NCBI GenBank assembly: GCA_040954595.2
Contig: CM082591.2
Span: 11,735,309 to 11,799,308, forward strand
From: Balanoglossus misakiensis
Lineage: Eukaryota; Animalia; Hemichordata
DNA length: 64,000 bases
Direction of reading: 5' to 3'
A program made the translations under genes and the position numbers. This document shows positions 1-13,092 of the stretch, piece after piece; position 1 is the first letter of the stretch; each line of letters opens with the position of its first letter. The notes under the pieces were generated by a model. The model saw only the letters and a list, made by a program, of their open reading frames with translations. It did no database searches and was not told where the DNA came from.

Positions 1-1538
1 TTGTTGCACATATCCCAGAATACAACTTACAGTGGTTAGTTGCTACTGGTAACTAAAATTTCATCATATATGACCTAAGCATCCTTTTCTGTGCAGGTGA
101 AAGGTTTTGTTTCTCTATTCAAGGTTTGACTTTTTTATGTTTAAAAACTCTAAATTTATACTGCAAAAAAAGAAAAAAAAGAATAACAGACAACAAGAAG
201 GATTTTTTAGATGGGTTCTGACAAGAATCGCTCAACAGAGTGCCTGGTATTTGTCACTGAAGTTCAACAATTGCACCACTATTTCTTTAGCGAAAAAAAA
301 TTCTGTTTTCAATTTGATATATTCACTAGTGTTGAGAAAAGCAAATTTGTATATTTATAATTACAAGACTTTGTAATTGTGACCATTGTATAAATTGTTT
401 GTATTCAGGAATTTGATGTTACATTTATCATTGCTTGGCATTATTGGTGTTTTGTCCAATTTCTGTCAATTACTACTGTTCTTATGGCTTGTTTTATTCT
501 TGCCAATGTCTATTAAAGGACATATTGGACATTTTGAAAAGCGCCCTCTAGTGTTAGATGGATACATTTTGGTCGGACATGTTCAACAAGTTCTTTGGAT
601 AAATTGTAGGTACTATAGTGGAGCGGCATAACAGATCGCTTGTGCATTTTGTGATAAAACCAAACTTGGCTCAGATGTGTGTTTATGTGTACTAAACAAA
701 TCAGATAGTGAGCCACTAAATATATGTTAAAAGTTTCCATGGCAACCATTTTTTTCAAAATGGCCGACAATACAGATAATCTCACCCACCAAATAACAAC
801 TGTAAAACACTAAAATAAATTCAGATTACAATATTTGAAACAAGAAACTGTGGAAGAGTAATTTGCAAAGTATTTATCATCACTAATCTAGTTATAGGGG
901 TAAATGCAGGATCGAGATTCAGTCGCTAGAGAAATTCAAGTTTGGTAATGGCATGACAACTAACTTAGTAGAAGCAATATATAACCATATAGATATTATA
1001 ATAAACACATTCCGAACTAATTTCGGAATTCCACATTCCGAAAAAATTATCCGTTCTATTTGCATATACTTAAAAGAATGAGTGTACAATACTTAGAGGT
1101 TTACAAATGTGACATTAGATTTACATTTGTCATCCTTTATTTTGCGCCAGACCTTCCTAAAAATGTGTGATCAGTGTAAAATTCAGCTGAACTTTCCAGG
1201 GATCACACAAATCAGTGAAAAATTCAGCTGACTTTTCACTTAAAGACTTTGTTCATCAAAAAATTCAGCTGCATTTTTTACTGAACATGAAGCCTAAAGC
1301 GGCTTTTGGGGGATGAGAATGACCTTAGGCGTAAAGTTGAGGAGGCAGTAGGTGGGGTCACTCAATGAAATACACTCAAGTGTCTTGTATCAGTAGGGGG
1401 TATTTAATACAAAACTACAAATATCACTATGTATCTACTGGTCACATAATTCCCCCTTTGACAGGCTGCTGACTGACTAGCTAATTACCATAGGTAAATA
1501 AAGCTTGCTGGCTATGAGGGGAGAAACACATGACTAAT

Positions 1539-1996
1539 TTCACGTTCCACAGCCCAAGATTCATATTCTGATTCAGATTCGAGTCTTGTCTAATATGTTT
1601 ATGCTGCCGTAACCAGGGGTGCGTACGATTGTTTATTCTCCTCGATCCGCGCCCAAGCAATATTCTGTTCGATTATCGCGTGACGTCATTGTCGGGTATC
1701 TCTTCAAGTTCAGTTTCAACAACATTTTTCAAAGAGAGATGCACCCTATTTATTATTTTCTAACACATGAATGACCCTAGGCCTGAGATCGCAATCTCGG
1801 TATTCACAGATACTTTTAAGCGTAATTCTGATATAATTGATAGGTTTAGAGTCCAGGTATATTTTACAACCGATAACTAAAGCAAAAGGACTAATTCCTA
1901 TATTCTGAATCAAGTGAATGCAATGTAGACGGCGAAAGGCCATGACAAGACTCGAATCTGAATCAGAATATGAATCTTGGGCTGTGGTACGTGAAA
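1539..1996. mobile_element. Palindromic MITE, superfamily unresolved
   Basis: ~50-bp terminal IR TTTCACGTTCCACAGCCCAAGATTCATATTCTGATTCAGATTCGAGTCTTGTC and its complement at 1945-1996; no clear TSD. Confidence 0.65.
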
Positions 1997-2368
1997 CTTG
2001 AAACGTGAATCTTGAATTAGGCTTACCCACTAAACTACAACACTAATCAAAGGACTAAAGTCTACAATAACTAAATCAACCCCCTAGAATTAAAAAGCAG
2101 TAAGCCACTACTAAATCGAGTAGGAAATACAAAGCTCAGAACAAAATAAAGAAAATAACAACAATAAATTCAAAACAATTACGTAAAAAGCACTAAAAAA
2201 AAGGTCGCAAACCTTCTGAGAAACAACAAAATACATGTCTGAAGCAGTGACAGTTAGTGGTGGGCGGGTGGGAAAATAAATTGGCTGCTGCTGCTGGTTG
2301 CCAAACACCATCGTCTGTTGCTGCATGCAAAAGGCTGACTGGCTATGCGTCTTAAAAATCCCGCTTAA

Positions 2369-3079
2369 GGTGGCATTGCATGAAACCATCGAGACTTTTT
2401 CAGAGGCCTATTTCTCATCAAAGACAAAGTTAAAACCCCCATAAACCATATATATTCTGGAAGCTGAGATTTTGAACTTTTGTTTGAGTTGCAAATATTA
2501 TTGATCCCCGGAAATGGTGGCGATTTTGGGTGAAAAAAAACATTTTTTGATATTATGTCATGAAATTTAAAATAGGTAAAAAGGTTGACCATGCATCATG
2601 CATCTTAATATGTCATTCGAAACTAGAGTACACGTGCAAAAAAACGGTAATTTTGTTTTGCGTTATCTGCTTCCATTGAGGAGTAACAGCGTTTGAAAGT
2701 TAGATTTTTAGTAAAATTTGATCAAATTCACGGTGAGTTGTATTGAATCATAGTTTATTCCCGCCAGGGACACTTTATCGACTAACAAAAATACCGTTTT
2801 GTTGGATGGGTCATACACAATTCGGCCAACGCAGAGCGAAGCTATTTTCGTCTGAAGTTGTCAAGAGCAGGGAAAATGCAAACTGAGAAAAACGGCCATT
2901 TGCATTGTTGACACCTATTTGTTAAGCTGTGAACTCATTCAGAAAAGTGCTATTTTGGGGTGATTATGCACCATTTCCGCCAAGACGTATTAGTCAGGGT
3001 GTGGGTCAGTATTAGGCCTACCGATTTATGTAAAAAAGTAAAATTTGGCAAAAATCACAACTTTTCATGCAATGCCACC
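2369..3079. mobile_element. Kolobok-type MITE, family K2 copy 1
   Basis: TTAA|GGTGGCATTGCATGAAA...TTTCATGCAATGCCACC|TTAA; TTAA TSD with RR..YY termini; inverted copy at 36603-37335. Confidence 0.85.
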
Positions 3080-3633
3080 TTAAATACACTACTAGTTATT
3101 TAGGCAAATGTGACCTATAGCAGTAGCCTCTGATAGGCCAGCAGCGAAACTATGTTAAACTGACATTTCATTTCTCTCTGAAATAAACATCCACCACCAC
3201 AAGTATGTACAGGCAAATGTGACCTTTAAAAAAGCGTTGGTTGCAGAGTCTCTATTATGTAAGTTACACAGCTTGAGAATAAACGAGTGACCCCCCTCTC
3301 AAAGAGCTACACAAGAATTTGAAACGCGTTAAAAATTAACTATGCCTTAATAAGCATGTGAGTCGTATGTCTGTCGACCAATAAACTCGACAACAGCGGA
3401 CTCAGTTGGATCCAGTCACGAGTTATCCAAGCTCTCATCTGTGCACAATTCGGACATATCGGTGATCTGTTTATATGATTAGCTAAGGTTGTAAACTGTT
3501 GCGATTCGCGTGTGAACTTTACGTACTGCAAATTTAACATCGCAACTAGCCTAATCAGAGGTCTTGTTTATGGAAAAATTATGCGTATTTGACGCCAAAA
3601 ATCCTTTAAATCCAGATTCAGCCAAAGGCAGCA

Positions 3634-4662
3634 TGTGGGGCAAATGAAAGAGGCAAGAAACTCAAGTGTCTTGGTGAAGTAGGGATAGATTTTATTTCTC
3701 ATACTACAATAGACTAAATTAAACTACAAATAAACTACAGGTGTAAAATAACTAGGGATGGGTCCAGGTTCTCCCATTGTTATGCTAATCGCAAATGAAA
3801 AACAAAAGAGCTGCTTGTATAGGGAGAAGACTAGCCTGGAGACCAGGGCGTAGTAGGGGGAAAGGAATGCCCGGGGACAGTCTGTATTTACGCACCGAAT
3901 TCTGTGCGCAGAACGACACGGGTGGTAAATCTTGTGTGTAAGCTAATTGGTCACTCAATGTAACAATGTGTAAACCAAATGACATCATCGCATTCTAAAT
4001 AAGGAAATAGAGGTGGAGTCATGAGTGAAATTCCCGCAACGGGGTGTGGGAGTGGTTTTGAAGGTGTATGAATATTCATAACCAAGCTTTGTTAATTATA
4101 TTTTCCAACCACTGGCGCCCGTCAACATTTGATAGATCACTCGTTATCCATTCGTTACTAAGCGACCCTGATCGTTGCCAGGGCTACTATCTTTCAGCTC
4201 AGCAGGAAATTTCTCGACTGTCCCCGGGCGTTGTATTCTAGATCGACGCCTGGTCTCCGGGCTAGGAGAAGACTGGACCCCTATTAAAAGTACAACTAAA
4301 ATATATACAATAAAAGAGAAAAAATCTATCTACTGGGAGAAAATAACAGCACCGTACAGTAAAATGTAAATGCATCATACGTAAAGTTAAAGCCAAAATA
4401 CAAAACTACTTCATGAAGTAACAATTCTCAAAATAAAATTACAAGAGCCATAAAGGCAGCAGTCTTTCTGGAAAGAGGGAGGGAGGGCGGGAAAAGAGCT
4501 GTTGGCACGCTGGCTAGCAGGCAGCTTACTAATTTTTTCCCGGGGAAAAGCAAACCAAGAAAACTCTGTATACAGAGTGTAAATAAACTATAGCGTATGT
4601 AAAAACAATGCAACACTGCTATTGGCTGTGGCGGCTAAGAAGAAAGAAACTCACCGCTGACA
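3634..4662 (-). mobile_element. Possible degenerate solo LTR (related remnant at ~1307-2310)
   Basis: TG...CA ends and AATAAA on the - strand near 3690. Shares ACTCAAGTGTCTTG...AGTAGGG...AAACTACAAAT with 1374-1422. No TSD found. Confidence 0.3.
3832..4264. mobile_element. AcademH-like non-autonomous element
   Basis: TAGCCTGGAGACCAGG...CCTGGTCTCCGGGCTA termini; 9-bp TSD GGAGAAGAC at 3823-3831 and 4265-4273. Confidence 0.75.
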
Positions 4663-4904
4663 TTTACCTCACCCTGACCTTTGGCATTTACAGGGCTTGC
4701 TCTGGATTTAAAATCAGTTAAAAATTTTAACTTCACCCACTTGACACGGAAATCTTAATCAGTGCGTCAATATTGACGTATAGGAACGGCGGCCCTTTTG
4801 CACAATGGTCAACGGAAACCATATCCATACCGCTGACTATCCCCCCCCCCCCCCCCCCCCGGATCAAAATAATCACTTGTGTGCGCAATTTTTGTACTCA
4901 AAAT

Positions 4905-5865
4905 CACAGACAAAGAGAAAAACAGACTAGCAACGCTATTGTCAAAAGGTGTGAAGTACATCTCCTAATCCCCCTATGCGTGTCTCAGCTCGCCTTCAAG
5001 GTGCAGCTTGTCTCCGAAGATTTCCGAACGTATCCACTTCGGCAATGTCCGGAATTTTCCCGATTATAAAACGAAAGTGCTTTCGTGAAAGTTCTTGTTG
5101 TTGTTGTCAGTCAGCTGGGACGGAAGCCGAGTGGACAGCGAAAATTTGAGGAAGTTTGAGTATCGGAGAGATGAGTTTGACCATTTTAATAGTTTGTACG
5201 AAAAATTTATGAATATATAATAAGTATGTTTGATCGCAAATTTCAAAAGGTTTGATCATCAATCTCGAATTTTTTGGAATGGCTTCCGGTTCGCCGAATA
5301 TTGTCCTTTGTAAATCTGCGAGGTTGTTAGCGTAAATAATACTTCTAACGTGTAAATATAGTCGTCGTGAAGTAGTGTTCAGTCGTGTCCTGATTGCAAA
5401 GCAGTGCCAAGCAAGGTCATGGTACGATCTGTCAAATTGGATGTCAAGGAATAGGCGATGCGTTGTTACTGTGTCGGTGATAGTTTTCATTGGGTCGTTG
5501 TATAGCATTTGCACTTAGCAGACTTGCAGTTTGCCGTTTGGAGCATGAAAACTGTAAGAAATTACCGCCGGCTATTCTAGACAACAAGGGTTTCTTATGA
5601 TATTATGTCATCGTTCGCATTGTTGGAAGCCATAGGTTGACACTGTAGGTTGCTGTCCATAAAATGACGCTACCGCAAAGTATTCTGGGAAATCTCGCCA
5701 CAATTGTCGCATAATATCGTACAATAATGACGCATACGCGAGACCAACCCTGGTCTCCGCGGAGTCTGACACATTTGAAGCTTATCTCAGCCGTTGTTTA
5801 TCGAGGCGCACATAACATCAAAGGGACATGCCGCGTTGCTAGTCTGTTTTTTCTCTTTGTCTGTG
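4905..5865. mobile_element. P-like non-autonomous element
   Basis: ~32-bp TIR CACAGACAAAGAGAAAAACAGACTAGCAACGC; 7-bp TSD TCAAAAT on both sides. Confidence 0.75.
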
Positions 5866-6020
5866 TCAAAATGTAACAACCACTAGTGCGCCCAACCTTT
5901 TGTACTCAAAATGTAGCTAATTCTGTTTGATGAATTTTGAACGCAGGCTGAAAGGAGTTTGACGTATTTTTTTGATGACTGCATCAAAAATACGCACTCA
6001 AATTTTTTTTACTGCGACCT

Positions 6021-6472
6021 TAGTCTCGGTTACCCAGACTCCTTCGCGCGGGCAGAGAAGAGAGTCTGGGGACATGGCAGCAAAACGACTGTGAAGCAAG
6101 ATGGCGACTGCTGGAATTCGACTCAGGATCTGATTGGCTAGTTCCCAATTTGACCCGGGTCACTAGCTAGCAATGCTGAGTGATTGAGATCCTCCAATGA
6201 TCTTTTCTCTGAGCTGCTCACACGAAAACACGTTCTTTTGCCATCTTTGAATTTTCTGCCTACACTCACGACAGATGTATGTGTTAAAATTACGTGTTTC
6301 GCTGCTGAGGCTAGCTAGTGACCCGGGTCAAATTGGGGAACTAGCCAATCAGATCTTGAGTCGAATTCCAGCAGTCGCCATCTTGCTTCACAGTCGTTTT
6401 GCTGCCATGTCCCCAGACTCTCTTCTCGCTTTGGCGATAGCCCGCGCAAAGGAGTCTGGGTAACCGAGACTA
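6021..6472. mobile_element. AcademH-like foldback MITE
   Basis: ~150-bp inverted arms starting TAGTCTCGGTTACCCAGACTCC; 9-bp TSD CTGCGACCT/CCGCGACCT. Confidence 0.8.
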
Positions 6473-6648
6473 CCGCGACCTCTGCTAATGTTTGACTTAC
6501 AAGGAGCACCTACTAATGCAAGAATCAGAGATTGAAAGTTACACCTTTAAATTGTGTTTCAATCCCTTATTTACCCCTATAAGTAGTTTAGTGACCATAA
6601 TTACCTGCAAATCATTCTTTCTACAGTTTCTTGTTTCAAATACCGTAA

Positions 6649-7065
6649 GGCCAGAGAGAATAAAAATCTTGTTCATCGGATTTTTTGGACCAAGTTCCAG
6701 GAGCGGCGAGCGAATATTTTTTTTAAAATTTTTTTTTTAGGCTGAAGGTAAATGCGGTTCTCTGGCATATTTGCACAGATGCAGACAAGGCGAGATAATT
6801 GTTTCCCTTTTTACCAGAAATATCTCAGACAAAAACACTGATACATGTACTTGTAACTGAATTCAATACTATATTTCCCAACAATAACATAGGCCATTAC
6901 ATTTACAGTTGGTGTTCGCACAACATATTCTGGCCACCAGCGCCAGTACTAAGAATTTTGTAACGCGGAAGTAGAATATTTGCCGAGATCCAAAAAAAAA
7001 AATTTCCAAATCAGCCAAAGTAGAAGTGGCGATTCCGATGAACAATTTATTTTTTCTTCCTGGCC
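6649..7065. mobile_element. PIF/Harbinger-type MITE (3'-truncated copy at 28345-28705)
   Basis: TAA|GGCCAG...CTGGCC|TAA with imperfect ~30-bp TIR; second copy starts TTA|GGCCAGAGAGAATAAAAATC. Confidence 0.75.
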
Positions 7066-8504
7066 TAATCTTAATTTATTTTGATGTTTTACAGTAGTTA
7101 TTTGGTGGGTGAGATTATCTGTATTGCGGCCATTTTGAAAAAAATGGTTACCATGGATCTCTTCAACAGATTTTGTTAAGTACACATCTGAGCCAAGTTC
7201 GGTGCTTTTATCACAAAATGCACAATCAATATGAACATTTTGGTTTTGCCGCTCCACTACCATGCTTTTTTCACAACTTGAAAACAATAGAGTGGCACAT
7301 TTCTATTCAATGCAGTTGCAGCAAAAATGTTTTCTTTTATACTTTTTTTTAACAAATGGGGACATGGAACAAGTGTCAAGTGGACATTTTTTCCATACAT
7401 ATCATAGATGTGAAGTCTGTACATTGTGCTTCTAAATGTAACCATTATATGCAAATTTTAGAGGTCCTTCACAAGAGAGTTGTCCGACACTGACTTCCTA
7501 TTTTTTTCATTCTGGACTGGAAATCTGATCTTTTGTACTTCATTTTCTAATGTGCATTTTCCATACATGCAAAATAGGGTTGAAATGTTAGATGTTCATG
7601 TGGAAAGATTGACAAAAATCACCCTGGAAGTCTCTTCACTAATCATTGATATCGGACAATTTATGGCAAAATACCTGAACCAAAATACATAATTTCCGAC
7701 AACATTTGCACCTGAATCTGACATAATTACCATCACACCCAAATTTTCCCCAGGTGTTTTGGTTTTAATTGTACTTGAGGAACCAACAGGATTGAACCAG
7801 ACTACAGCAGTGAAAGGTCCAGAAAGCAGTGTTTCATCCTGAGGGGGCTGGGGGGATTCACCCCCTGTTGATATGTTGGCACCTCTTTGTCAAAGACGGA
7901 GCAGTGCCCCTTTATTATGTCACTCACATGTTGGAGATTTTTCATCCCCCCCCCCCCCCCTTGCCAGAGTGGAATCCCCCTCCCAATATTCTGGCGAAGG
8001 GGGCATATCCCCCTGTTGATTTGTATTGTACCATTGGGCAGTTATAATGCCTTAGGGGCGGGGAGGGGAGAAATACTACATGCCGCATAGTGGGGAGGCG
8101 TATTGAATGCAACATAGAGTGGAGAGGGTAATTTACAACAGTTGGAAAATTTGCTGCTAATTCTTTGTGTGCAGGCAGAATGAGACCCAACAGATCAGAA
8201 GAATGTGATCAATCTGGATTGGCCAAAGTAGAAGACATCATTGCTGTGTAAATGGTGTACTCTGTCAAAAAGTGTTCTTTCGGATGATGGGGAGTGAAAG
8301 AACATTCTACTTGTTATCCAGATAATCATCGTAGATTGCATTGATACAATGTCCTTGAGTCACCGTAAACCCCATTTTGGTGACAAGACTTTGTAAAGGA
8401 AACTGTGTCCAATGATCACTATCTGATTCAAAACTAAAGGTTGTATGACTCTCAAAGCTACTCACTTGGACAATACATATTTTGGTTTTTATGAGGTTCT
8501 TTTG

Positions 8505-8985
8505 AGTATATTCTCATGTTATACCAATATACACGGTATGTATTTGAACAACCGGTCATGTTTCAGTGAGTAGGGCAACATCAATAGCCCAGCAAATGAA
8601 ACTAAAATAAACAAAATACAGTAATGTCGAAAGTGAGCAATTTTGATTCTTTAATTCCTGTGTTTACTGCCAAAATTTTATGTTCTACTCACTGAAACAT
8701 GCTCACTGGCCAGTTGTTAGAGCTTAATTCACAACCCATACATGGATATAACATATGGATACTTCCATCATTGAATATTTGGTCAGTACCAAATGTTATA
8801 TTGTAAAAAAGTATATTCTCATGTTATACCAATATACACGGTATGTATTTGAACAACCGGTCATGTTTCAGTGAGTAGGGCAACATCAATAGCCCAGCAA
8901 ATGAAACTAAAATAAACAAAATACAGTAATGTCGAAAGTGAGCAATTTTGATTCTTTAATTCCTGTGATTACTGCCAAAATTTTA
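8505..8985. repeat. Direct duplication of ~175 bp, 305-bp spacing
   Basis: 8505-8679 and 8810-8985 are near-identical (AGTATATTCTCATG...CTGCCAAAATTTT). Confidence 0.9.
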
Positions 8986-9145
8986 ACATTTACCGTTTAC
9001 ATTTAAAGCCATGCAGTGTTTATGATGGATTGCTAATCACTAAAGAGACGTTCCTTTGATAGTTTCACTGATATGCTTTGAATCAGAGAGAATAAGTGTT
9101 TTACGTTAGACTGGTGAAGGGTTTTCAACACATGTTCTGATTGAT

Positions 9146-10390
9146 CATAGACCCTAGAGAAAGAAGGACGCGCAACTCCAGATTTTTCTTGAAACGATGT
9201 TCTTTTGCATACATTATTTCCGGATAATCCCCAATAATCCAATTTGCAAATAAACTATGCATAAACTAATGCAAAGTCTCGCGTTTTGCGTGAAGTTATC
9301 ACAAACACCCCAGAACATCTCGCAGAAGACAAGAAAACTGCAACGTGGTTGAACTGCAGCGATCATTTATGGAACACACCTGAACGTCTTTTTCCCATTA
9401 ATTATGTTTGATACACGACGCCATTTATGTTATCCTTCATGTGGATATATAGTGAATCTGCATTCGACCACACACAACTTCCATCCTGAGTGTACAGTAA
9501 GATACGAGAGTAAAAATCTCGCCAAAATGAATAAATGGTAAAGACTGATTATTCATTTTGGTGAGTTTTTCACTCTTGGGTCTACAAGTGGGATGGAAGT
9601 TGGGTGTGGTTGAACGTTGATTCACTATATATCCACATGTAGAATAACATAAACGGTGAATTGTATCAAACATAATAAATGGGGAAAAGGCAGCGAGAGA
9701 GAGACTTTGTCCCTGTAAACATGAATTTGGCACTTCTGAGTCTGACAGCGTCCAAAACAATCATCTTCTGTCTAACAGTCGGGGTATTTGACAAGGCTGT
9801 GAGCTTACTGTACCGAGGGTTGCCTGCCGTCGTCAACCATGAAAAACCAAGAAGGCGGCCATAGCGCACACGTGAAAATCCACCCAGTTTGTTTACAATT
9901 TGTTTTTGTGAAATCTGTTTTATTGTTCACGCACTGCGAAATAAAATCCCCCTAAACTACAATTTTTGTTTCAATGCGTCACGTAAACATAAAATTATTA
10001 CGAAAAGTGTCACCATTACCAAGAAATATGAGTGCCCAGTCAGACATGCAAAAAACATGGATGATTTGTTTACAATTTTTAAATGAAACTTGTGGCACTA
10101 GAAATGACCGTTCAACTGACAGACGAACACCAAACCATAATAATTAGCACAGACAACGTAATACTTTTTGAATTTTAGAAAAAAAACGCAGTGCCTGCTG
10201 AAATACAGGGGTGCCAGTTTGGTGGCAAGTTTTCGCATCACTAGTGGGGTCGACATGTGCCGAAGTAAGGAAGTCATTATCCAACTGTCCTAGGTGTTAA
10301 TTATATGCAAAAGAACATCGTCATACTGATAATCCCCAAACCCTTTGATCTATGCCGCAGTTGTGCGTCCTTCTTTCTCTAGGGTCTATG
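9146..10390. mobile_element. P-like non-autonomous element containing a K3 Kolobok MITE remnant (~9390-9719)
   Basis: TIR CATAGACCCTAGAGAAAGAAGGACGC; 7-bp TSD GATTGAT at 9139-9145 and 10391-10397. Confidence 0.8.
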
Positions 10391-13092
10391 GATTGATCAA
10401 CTTCCTGTACAGGAAATGTCAGCAACCAGTGTACCGTGAACAAATCCAACCAGTGTTCACTCCTTTCAAAGCTCGATTGAAATTGGATAAAGACAGTATC
10501 TGTTTCTATTATTATTCAAAGTTTTTTGAGGGTAGGATATATTTCAATTCATATGCATCTGTGGAAAATTAGTCAGGGGTGTATTTTCAAAAGTCAGGCA
10601 CATTCTGTTTGGTTTTGACATTTTAGGTTTTCAGTTGGTACACACTGGCAATGCGTCAAATTTGTAAGTTGTTAATATATAGTTGAATTTATTGTAAGAA
10701 GATTTTATTGAGGAATAAATTTGTGCAATATTTAAATTAATATGTCCTTGGATTTTGATATTAACTGTACGTGATTACTTTGAATTGCACAGGAGTCTTT
10801 ACTATAAATATTGTTTGTGTGTGTGTGACTGCTTGATATCTAAAAGGGACATAGGCTGATCTTTTGGCTTTATTTTCAGTATTTTTGTTCTGTGTATCAA
10901 ATGCAATTTATTGTTCTACTCCAAAGAGCATGCTAATACCCAGTAAAACACTAGTCAACATACCGGTAGTCTATGTGTGCAACGACTATTGTTATTGTTG
11001 ACAAATGAATTCTAGTCCAGACTTTTTATTCAAAATTTGCACAATAACAATCTTGACTATATACTTGTGTTGATAGGTTGTGTTGATAAGCTGGATACTA
11101 GGTATTTCATCATGTTTCAGAAAAGAAAGCAGTAGATACACACATGATCTATATACCTGATTGCTATTTGCCACAAAAAAGCCAACTTAACTACCTCCCT
11201 GCCTTTCAGATTTGAAAACTGCGAACAATTCAAAATTCGGCAGTTCGACCAGGAAGAAAAAAATGTGATCAAATCACATCTAATTCTTCGTAATTTTAAT
11301 TGGCTCCCTGTTCAGAAGCCAATCCAAATCTAAATTCGTTGCATCTCTTTCGAAGTCTAAGTTCTTTGTGGTCTTGCACCATCCCATGCACCTCGATGAA
11401 CTTTTACAAGATGTCGCCGCAATCGCACTCCATACGCTCGCATAAAACAACGTTTGATTTTTTTTTTCTCGCAATGAAAATTGCTTAAGACCACCGGACA
11501 CTTGAGAAACTTGATGAGCAAAATTCCTCGAATGACTTTTTTCTCAGCTTTTGAGCTTTTTTGCTCATTTCTCTCGTGTGCAGCAGTTTTTCGTCGCATT
11601 GCATTTCCATGGCGACAGAGGTTTTTCCGTCAGACCCCGCGTCTGTCTGCCTCAGTTGTTTCTGGATTGTTCCCTACCTTAAAACTATGAAATATTGAAA
11701 TTTATGTTTCTTAACCCTATTCACAATTTCTCTTGATTGTTAATTACGCTTATCAGGGGTTTATATTAAAAATAAAATGAAGCAATATATCCTGAGTATT
11801 TTTTTTAATCCAAGAGTTTACAGGGCTAGGCATGCTGCGTGGGGTGTAATACTAAATATACCACCCCTCTTCCAAATTTGGAAAGTGTACAGTTTTGCGC
11901 CCGAAGGATGCTCTGAAAATAATGAAAGATGTGTTAGTCCAGAAAGTAACTTTAGATGCTTTTTTTTTTCATTTTACCTTAGCGCGCCATCTTTTTTTCA
12001 AGCCTTCTCTGGCAGAAGTTTTTTCTTTGACATTTGGTGGGACTCATCTTTTTCCTCGAAAAAATTCCTGTCCCCCAAGGATATCAAATGGTCCACCCCT
12101 AAAACATTCGCGCAAAAAGGTAAACGTATTAAAAAATTGAATTTTGGCGTGTACATTTTTACCTGTTGACATGTGACGTCACTCCCTGTTAGAGCTATTG
12201 TTATGCAAATTACGAATCTACACGGGGCTTGCACTATAGAGTACAAGGCGGCTCGGCGTATCTATTAGCTGATATGTACGTGTCCGTGTCTATTTTCGTT
12301 TTATATGTATAGTCCGCGCAGCTGTACCTCAACTTTAGACATCTTGGATATTTGAATGTGCTCTGCGATCTGCTATTGCCCTCACCAGTGACTCTTTAGG
12401 AAATCCGCACAAAAAGAAGTTGGAATTGGTACGAGTATCCGGAAGTTCGCGATTCAGCTCGGTTCCTACGTTTGATCTCTCTAGTACCTCCATGGTTTGA
12501 TATCAACCGCCAGAGTGTTGCGATCGTTACGTTATGTTCACGATCTGGACACAACTGAACCCGCTGTGGATTAAGGACACTTCACACACATTTTCTGGAC
12601 ATTCATGAGGGTAAGTACGTGAATCACTGAGTCGCGAAAAAAGACAGATCGTTGACACACGCTGTATGCAGGTGTTGGTGATCTGGGTCCGCCCAGATCC
12701 AATTTTATGATGGCTCAAGTCACTAGCTCCATGAGTCAGCCTATATGAAGTGGGGAGCGTTACAATGCGGGTTGCGGGCCGCGGTCTGCCGATTGCGGGT
12801 TGTAAAATATGGTTGTGTTTTGATAATGAAAGAATAATAGAAACGATCAAATGATTGCTTCCCAGAAGTTCAATTTACACAATTTGCGCCACAACTCCGA
12901 CAGCGGACTTTGACCCTCACACTCACATGTGTTCCAGCGGGTAGTACCACAGGGGCCTCTCCCTCCGCGATTTTGTTTGTTTGTTTGGTTGTTGTTGTTG
13001 TTGATGATGATGATGATGATTTTTGGCATAATAAACAAATACGTATTTCTTTATTAATAAATATGGTTTGTTGACATGTAAAGGTTATTTAA

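Larger units (their letters stand above)
616..7259. mobile_element. Possible old Academ-type element with ~200-bp TIRs, hosting many later insertions
   Basis: 616-830 (TAGTGGAGCGGCA...AATAAATTCAGATTA) is a diverged inverted copy of 7066-7259 (...GCCGCTCCACTA). TAG...CTA termini fit Academ. Flanks cta/cca are only an imperfect TSD, so pairing the ends is inference. Confidence 0.5.

Noticed and set aside
11280-11690. Overlapping ORFs that look coding
   Set aside because: No recognisable motif; stops in the plausible frames; cannot be supported.
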